In this document: positions 28,301 through 37,712 of the stretch, one piece after another
How positions within the stretch are numbered: the first letter of the stretch is position 1
Layout of the letters: each line of letters begins with the position of its first letter
DNA from: Octopus bimaculoides
Lineage: Eukaryota
Assembly: GCF_001194135.2 (NCBI RefSeq)
Contig: NC_069000.1
Coordinates: 44,698,046-44,736,869, forward strand
Reading direction: 5' to 3'
DNA: 38,824 bases
The notes under the pieces: generated by a model
The model's database searches: none
The model's input: the letters and a program-made list of their open reading frames with translations, nothing else
Told to the model about the DNA's origin: nothing
Position numbers and translations under genes: made by a program

Positions 28301-29025
28301 AACAAACAAAAGTGAAACAGAAAGACAAGAAAAACAGAAATGGGATACTTACATTCTTCACATTTCTGACCAGTGCTGCCAGTTGGGCAAATACATAAAA
28401 ATGAGTTGCCATTAGATATACAGGTACCACCGTTGAAACAGGGGTTTGGATCACAAACATTGACTGAAAAGAGGAAGAACAGTGAAGTTTAGTTGATATG
28501 CTAACAATGTGATTAAAAGACAATGGAATTTGGGGATATTTTTGTAGGGCTTCTTTCTGTATGGATGGGAAAAGTTGAGAAAGAAATTTTTCCTCATATG
28601 TTATATTCAAAATGGACAGAGATATGGTGCTAATGCTGTAGGAGGATTCTTATTTTTATAGAACGCTGCCTTATAGGCGCAGGAGTGGCTGTGTGGTAAG
28701 TAGCTTGCTTACCAACCACATGGTTTCGGGTTCAGTCCCACTGTGTGGCACCCTGGGCAAGTGACTTCTACTGTAGCCTCGGCCCGACCAAAGCCTTGTG
28801 AGTGGATTTGGTAGACGGAAACTGAAAGAAGCCAGTCGTATATATGTATATGTATATATATATATGTGTGTCTGTGTTTGTCCCCCCAACATCGCTTGAC
28901 AACCGTTACTGGTATGTTTACGTCCCCGTAACTTACAAAGAATAAGTCCTGGGGTCGATTTGCTCGACTAAAAGGCAGTGCTCCAGCATGGCCACAGTCA
29001 AATGACTGAAACAAGTTAAACAGTT

Positions 29026-29084
<59 letters not shown>

Positions 29085-29094
29085 CTTAGATAGA

Positions 29095-29137
<43 letters not shown>

Positions 29138-29781
29138 GTAAGTAGGTAGGTAGGTAGGTAGGTAGGTAGGTAGGTAGGTAGGTAGGTAGGTAGGTAGACT
29201 AGACAGACAGACAGACGACAGACAAACAGACGACAGACAAACAGACAGACGGACAGACATAGACAGACAGACATAGACAGACAGACATAGACAGACAGAC
29301 ATAGACAGACAGACATAGACAGACAGACATAGACAGACAGANNNNNNNNNNGACATAGACAGACAGACATAGACAGACAGACATAGACAGACAGACATAG
29401 ACAGACAGACACCACACACATACACACACACACACACACACACGGATATGCATACATACATATGCATTTCAATAAACACATGTATTGTCCGTTCATCCAT
29501 GCATACAGGCTTGTGGACAGACGGACGGATGGACGGACAAAGCCGAGAGTGGAGACAAGCAAAAAGATTAAATATTTGGTGGTACGAACTTTCAGAACAA
29601 AGGTCTCCTTCGTACCCAGGACTGCAAATACATTGGAACCTGTTGCCAATCATCATGCAGGTACCACCATTCTGGCAGGGAAGAGAATAACAGACATTGA
29701 CTGGAAAAGACAAAATATAAAAATGGTCAGTTTATAAAACAAAGAGAAGGAAACAAATAGACATCAAAATTTTTTATTTGA

Positions 29782-29813
<32 letters not shown>

Positions 29814-32800
29814 AGAACTGTGATCGTCATGGTAAAAAAAAATGGGGAAAACATACTCAAAACATTATGTAAAATAACAACCATCACTGAAAAGACATTT
29901 ATAGACAGCCTAGGTTCTGTACTAAATTCTCTTTGTTCTGATTGGTTGATCTGTTTTCAGTTCGGCCAGATTTTAGCAGAAGTTTTTCTAATTCTCTCCA
30001 TATTTGAAATTCAGCTGAGAATAAAAACACTAAGAAACCAGAGAAGTGGTCTTAATACTTTTAATCTTTGTCTTCAACAAGTCTCTCGGATGTTCTTATC
30101 CATGACTGTGTTGTCTTCCCATCATCTTGTAGGTCTCCCTACTGGTCTCTTCCTATCTCCTGGATCCCACTTGAGAACTACATGGATCTGCCTTGCAATG
30201 TGCCTGGCCCAGTAGCACTTGTGCCTTCAGTGTTCTGTGACCACATCATTCACTTCACTTTATTTTTGAAATACCTCAATTCAGACACTCTCCATGAATA
30301 TCCATGTCATAGCCATTTGTGGTTCTTCCTTTTCTGTAGTAGCTGGCATCTCACAAGAGCGCAAGTAGGGTGTTCCTATTGAAGGGATTTGCACATCAGG
30401 TCTTGTGCAGCTGTACTTAGAGCACAACTTTTATCAAGGTAAACACCATCCACTCTGTTCTTACTCACAATGGGACTTCAGCATTCATGCCTTGACAGAT
30501 GGATAATGGATCACCTAATAAACTTTAAAATAAATTCCCCCACATATATGTACAAATGTTATTTATAAATAAAGTTGTCTTCTTGTGCAAAACACTTCAT
30601 TTACCATTATTCAGTGCTCACTTCCACATCTAACACGTGACACTCTGTACACCTGTTCAGGTTAATGGAAGGAGTGAACTAATGTAAACTACACACCTTT
30701 GGTTGCTGTAAACAAATCATCTGTGTAGATCTTTAGTAAGAAATTGCAGAACCCTCACCTGTCGCATACGGCAAGAGAGTTCGCAATTTATAAAGTAATT
30801 GACAGATAGATATATCAATAGACTAATAGGAAAATAACATTTATTATAATGAATACATTTATACTCACAGTATTCACAATTACTGCCACTGTAACCTGAG
30901 GAACATTCACAGTGGTAAGCGTATTCTTTAGCAACACATTTCCCACCATTTCTGCAAGGTTTCGTCGAACAGTAATCATCTGGAAATTAAAAAATAAACA
31001 TTTACATTTAACAAAATATTTTTTTTTTTCAATTAATATAGGGTTAGGAGCAAATTTTGTAAAGAAGGGTCATCACTGACTAGACAAACTCCAGTATATT
31101 ATTAGCCCAATAACAAAATTCAATTGGTCAAATTAATCTCATAAGGACTTGCTTATCAAAAGAATTAAACATTGTATTGCATTTAGTCCATGCTCTAAAA
31201 GTAGCAGTCCTGGCCCCTTATATTTTTTTAAATTACAACAGTCAAGATACAAGAGGCACTGCTGGTGACCTTTTCAGATATTCTTCCTACACAAGTGTGT
31301 GATTATTGTGACACCCAACTGACACCCAACCAGAACATTTGAATGTTAAACCTGAGCTAAAAGGCTTTGTTGGTGCAACTAGGGCCATCTCAACAATATT
31401 ATAGTTCTCCTGACAAAGCATATGGAGATTAGCAACAGGCTTCTTGGTCCATGAGACTTCCAGACTAAGAAAATTCACTGTGGCCTGTAGTATTTATTTA
31501 TTGGCAGCATATCACACTGTATATAAATTAGCAAAGAGCTCTTAGATGTGTGGGGGCCCCAAGCAAATCAATGCATTATGGCCTGTTCCTTTTTATTCAC
31601 AACAAACCATAACTTATTTAGATGAGCAATGCGATCATGGGGCCTCTGGGCAAATCCACTTGAGTCTATAATAGTTATTTATTGGCAACAAACCATAGAT
31701 TGTCAAGGGGTTCCTAGACTTGGCGGGCCTATAGAATCTATTAGGGCCTCTAAAATTTATTAGGGCCTCTAGAATCCATTTGGGTGTACAGAATTTATTG
31801 ACAACAAACCACCACAGACATAGATTGTAATTGGGTTCTCAGACATGAGGGACCTGTGAACAATGACTCTGTGTGCCAATCTTTTAAGACAATGAAGGGC
31901 GCCACCAAAAATCAACAGAAGCCATGGAAAAGTTACAGAAATATGAACAGAACACAAAAAAATGAAAAATAAGAAGAAAAAAATAGTTAGCCAGTGGGAA
32001 AAGAAAAGATTTAGAATGGTCAATGGGCTATTTATTCTGCTGGAAAGTTACAAAAATTCCTACTTACAGATTTCGCATTGGTCTCCTTTGAAGCCAATTT
32101 GACAGATACATGTGTAAACAGAGCCTTTCTTTATACAAACTCCACCATTTCTGCAAGGCTGTTTATTGCAAACATCAACTATAAAAGATTAAATGAAGAA
32201 AACCACAAAATTAGAAGAATTTAATAAAACGTTGATTCATTTGAGGTCACCAAGGAAACGTGGCTTGTGTTGAATTTCTTGAAGCTGAATGTTATTCCTG
32301 ACACCAATACATCCAAGACCACCCCTCCTGGTTCTATAATACAAACTTCTTGTTTTAAACTGATCTAAATTGAAACCATCCATCAAAATTTCATATTAAC
32401 TCTCCTGTTTTAACCGTTTTGTTACTGTATTTATTTTGAGATACTCCATGTTTCTTTCAATTAATTTTAAATATAACAAAGAATTTAGTAAAATAATTTT
32501 GTTATCGTTAAGCTAGTGTTAGGAACATAAATTGTAACTAAGATTTGGTAGAAGATTTTAATTCAGAACTTTTGGAAACAAGACATTTGTACTACAGAGC
32601 TAGAGGCAGTTTCAGGTAGGTTGGTGTCAAAAGGGTTAAGAATTGTTTCTCCATTATATATTTTAACCCTTTTGTTACCATATTTCTGTTGGGATGCTCT
32701 GCGTTTCATCCAATTAATTTTGAATATAACAAAGAATTTAGTAAAATAATTTCGTTATCATTAAACTTTTGTTAGGAACATAAATTGTGACTAAGGTTTG

Positions 32801-33873
32801 GTGGAAGATTTTAATTCAAAACTTATGAAAACATGACATTTGTACTCAGAGCCAGAACCGGTTTCAGCCAGGTTGGAAAGAGTTAAATGTCAGCTTAATA
32901 ACAACAAAGATATCTTATTAAATGTTTCATTATTTTCAAGCCTAATTAAAACAATTGCAACAGAGAAATGGTAACAAAAGGATTAAAGTGATCTAAATTA
33001 AAACCTTCCATTAAATTCTATGTTAACCTATGTTCTAAGTATGCAACATCATCATCATCATCATCTTATCATAATCATCATTTAACATCTGTTTTCCAAG
33101 TTGGCATGGGTTGGATGGCTTGAGAAGGGATGGTTAGACAAAAGACTACACCAGGCTTTGCAGTCTGTTTTGGCAGGGTTTTTACATCTGAATGCCCTTC
33201 CTAACGCTAACCACTCTACAGTGTGGACTGGATGCACCGGCACTGGCAGGGCCACCAAACAGCTTGCAAGGCAAAGATCCTTTGAGAAGTGGCGGGGGGG
33301 GGGGCACTGAAGGAGATGGTTTTGTGCCAGGTGAAGAGAAGTTAGAGTGTGACAGAGGGATAAAAACAGGTGTCTTGCTGCAGAGGAGATACATGGTTAA
33401 CCGGTAACCATGTAACATTGGAAATAATCTGGGCTGAGGACAGACTATAACTGAGAATGACATTGGGGTGGTTAGGAACGCGGGTGCTAGTGGGGTGGGA
33501 AGATGTAGAAGTGAGAAGATGTCATTGCTACTTACAGACGTTGCAGTGATTGTCAATGTATCCAATGGGACAGATGCAAGTATAGTCATTGCCAACGTTG
33601 AGGCAGGTACCACTGTTCATGCAGGGAGAAGAGACACAAGCATTATCTGGAAAGGAATGGAAAATACAATGTTACTAGTGAGAATATTCCTTTATTAATT
33701 ACTCATTATAAACATAGAATATGAAGAACACAAACATATGTGTGTGTGTGCATGTAGATGTATATATGCATGTGTGTGTGTTAGAGAGAGGCAGAGATAG
33801 ATAGATAGATAGACAGATTGTCTGTCCTTGTTTGTCCCCTCTATGTTTAGCCCCTTGTGGGCTATAAAGAAAT

Positions 33874-33928
<55 letters not shown>

Positions 33929-33937
33929 GTAGGTAGG

Positions 33938-33975
<38 letters not shown>

Positions 33976-33988
33976 CATAGATAGATAC

Positions 33989-34021
<33 letters not shown>

Positions 34022-34042
34022 AGAGATAGATAAGACAGACAG

Positions 34043-34085
<43 letters not shown>

Positions 34086-36523
34086 AACAGACAGACAGAC
34101 AGACAGATAGATATGTATATACATAAGTATGCCTGTGTATGTGTTTGTGTGACCTTAAAGACCATTATATTAATGAATTCATAGACGTTGGCATATGTAG
34201 AATTTGTACTTACAAACGTTGCATCGATGACCAGTGAAGCCAGATGGACAGTCACATTGGAAAGTATACTCGAAGGTTTTGCAGGTTCCACCATTCAAAC
34301 AAGGTGAGTTGAAGCAGGCATTGACTGTGGAACGTGAATAAATAAGAAATTCAAATGAAATTGAATGCTAACACACTTTTTGGTATCTCTTTAAAAAAAT
34401 GTCAAACTCATACCAATATGGACATTAAAAGCAGAGATAAAAAATCCTGAATATTATTTTGGCAAGTTTCAAGCGATTTCTTTTGTGCTGTAAACCATTT
34501 ACCATTTCTGCGGTGCCCCCTCCTTCCCTTGATGCCCTAAGCATATACTTATTTTGCTTAACGGTTAATCCAGTGCTGCTTTATTTACAGGGCTTTTGTG
34601 ACTGACAGATGTGCAAAAAGGACGAAAGTATCCACAGACTAGGGACCTAAGGAGATCTCATCTGTTTCTCCAGACCAATTGACAGAACAATTCAGATCTT
34701 TAGAGGGTGAATTGTAAGCACGTACCTACAATTCCAAATGCACAGGGTGGTTGGGTTTGTTGGCTGCCCCAACAGAGGGCAACCTGTAATGCCACATGGT
34801 GGACTTAAGTTTGCTACTCAAGCAGGCCATGGAGGGATTCGAACTCAGAATGCAAAAGCAATGGAAGAAACAACCACAAGGAATCTATTACGATGTCCTT
34901 GTAACTCCAGTAATTCCACTGGTCTGGAATGGTACTTTTGTGTCTCAACTTCCAAAGGGGCAAAAGGTAAAGCTAATGATGATGACGACAATGACAACAT
35001 CAACAACGGTGATGAAGGCAACAACAATGACAACGATGATGATGATGATGATGATGATATCATCATCATCATGGAGGTGGTGGTGGTAGCAGTGGTCGTG
35101 GTGATGCTGGTGATAATGATGGTGATGATGATGATGATGATGAGAGTGATGATAATGATGACGACAATGATAACATCAACAACGGTAATGAAGGCAACAA
35201 CAATGATAACAATGATGGTGATGATGATGATGATGATGATGTTGAATTTGAAAGACTTCGCCAGAACGTAAAACTACTCACAATTTTCACAATGTTCCCC
35301 GCTATATTGGTAAGAACATCTACAGGTGTAACCACTGCCACGGTTGGTACAGGTACCACCATGCTTACAGGGGCTGTTTTCACAGTAGTTACCTGAAAGA
35401 GAGAGAGAGAGAGAGAGAGACTAAGTAGTTTGATGCATAAAGCGATTGAGCATACAATAACAGTAAAAAATTTGGGGCACAAGTCTAGCAATCTTAACGG
35501 TTGGGCTTAAATGGATTGCCTTGACCTTAGTGCTTGGTTGGTATTTATTTTATTGACCCAGAAGTAATGAAAGACGAAGTCAGCCTTGGTAGCATTTGAA
35601 CTCAGAATGTTAAACCAGAAGAAATGCTGCTTAGCATTTTGTCCATTGTGCCGACGATTCTGTTAGCTTTCTGAGTAAAATGGATGTAGAGTGGGAGGAG
35701 ATGGAGGGAGGGAGATGGAAGGAGGGAGATGGAAGGAGGGAGAGCAAGAGAGACAGAGGGAGGGGGAGTGAGATGGAGTGAGAAACAGAGAGAGGGAGGA
35801 AGGGAGAAAGAGATGGAGGGAGAGAGAAAGAGAAGCGGGGAGATAGACAGAGAGAGAAAGAGGGAGAGAAAGAGAGTGAAAGTGAGGGAGAGAGAGAAAG
35901 AGAGCAAAAATAAGAGAGAGGAACTATTGTCTTTCGTTTTCCATGTCATCAATTATTTTTATAATTGGTATAACATTAAACTGCATCTGGTGGTGAGGCT
36001 CCAGCTTGGGAGTTCAGAAGTCAGTGGGGTAATCACAGAGTTATTTCTTTGTCTCCACTCTTCTCAGTTCTGCTCTGGTCCAGGCTAGCAGCACCTGTTA
36101 AGGGCCTCAGTTAGGGGTCAAATAGCAGAAAATGGTCCTGTGACTGAGGTATACAGGAGTTGGAAGAGGGTTGATCCCTACCCATGTGTTACACAGACAA
36201 AGAAACAAGGATCTTAAAATCCAGACCGATACTTTTTAAGTACTCTGGGGCCAACTAGATCAACCAGTGAGAAACATTAGATTCTGCACGACTGGTTTAG
36301 GTGTATCTCTCAATGTTGATGTGTCTCCTCAGGTGATTTCAAGAGGCATCTCGTTAAAATAAACTTTGTTTCATACAACTTATTACTGCATGCACGTGCG
36401 TGTCTGTATGTATGTGCATGTGGGTGTGCACATGTGTATGTGTGTTTGAGTATGTGTGCGCATGCGCATGTGTATGGAAATATATAGTAAGAATTTGTAT
36501 TCTAATCACTTATATATGCTTAT

Positions 36524-36587
<64 letters not shown>

Positions 36588-37003
36588 GAGAGATAATAAA
36601 TGTAGTACTTACGTGTCTCACAAGTGGGACCAGTGTAGGTAGAAATACAGTTACATCTAAAGGTTTTGCCAACCACATAGCAAGTTCCAGAATTTTTACA
36701 GGGACCATCAGAGCAATAATCAACTGGAAAAGTAAGAACAAGTTTAAAACATCTGTAAGACGTTGGATGTCTTGCAAACAAGTTATCTGTTACTGAAGCA
36801 CATTTGCATTGAAAAGACACTATTTTATATAAATAATAGTTGCTATATTTCATTTACTAATTGCCATCCCTGAAGAGTGAAGGGTTATAAAATCAGACTG
36901 TTACCTAACACTCTGTTGAGCCTCTAATGCAAAACCAGTTGGAAAGATTGGCCATAATGGATACATACTATTGTACACTTTAATCAATCAATGAATCAGT
37001 ATG

Positions 37004-37042
<39 letters not shown>

Positions 37043-37372
37043 TTGTTTAAAAGAGTTCCAACACTGTCTGTTTTTTATGTTTTATTTATATTCCTGCAGA
37101 ACTAATGTGGGGTATAGAATATGGAATATACAATATATAATATAATATACAATATACAATATAAAATAAAATAAAATAAAAATGGATGGCACCATGAAAG
37201 AAAGTATTGAATGTAGATGAAATATTGAGTGTTCAATATAAAGGATCAAATATATAAATATATAAATATAAATATATAAAGGCGACTCAAGTTTCANNNN
37301 NNNNNNNNNNNNNNNNNNNNNNNNNNNNNNNNNNNNNNNNNNNNNNNNNNNNNNNNNNNNNNNNNNNNNNNN

Positions 37373-37405
<33 letters not shown>

Positions 37406-37677
37406 GATATTTTAAAATCCATGGCAACATACATATTCACTGATTCTGTCACATCATCAATGTATCATATCTGAAAAAGAGGCACACTACAAAGCATAGA
37501 GGTGAAGAGTTACATTTGTTATAGGCTTTAGAGTTTGATGAGATGCTCACAAGGCCAAAGCCTTCATGGATGCGAAACCATTGGTCACTCTATGACCGAA
37601 CATTAACTTTATTACTTTAATATATATCCATATATATAAGAGAAAGAGAGGATAGATAGATAGATAGACAGACAGAC

Positions 37678-37712
<35 letters not shown>

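Noticed and set aside
5961-28760. tRNA genes suggested by A/B-box motifs
   Set aside because: They are heads of multi-copy SINEs followed by shared body sequences, not cloverleaf tRNA genes.
8608-36796. Many ORF-track ORFs rich in CV/HT/LS/IY/RE or poly-D/M/S (e.g. 16232-16611, 18943-19800, 29024-29713, 33695-34294, 34738-35491)
   Set aside because: Translations of microsatellites; only the embedded EGF exon parts are real.
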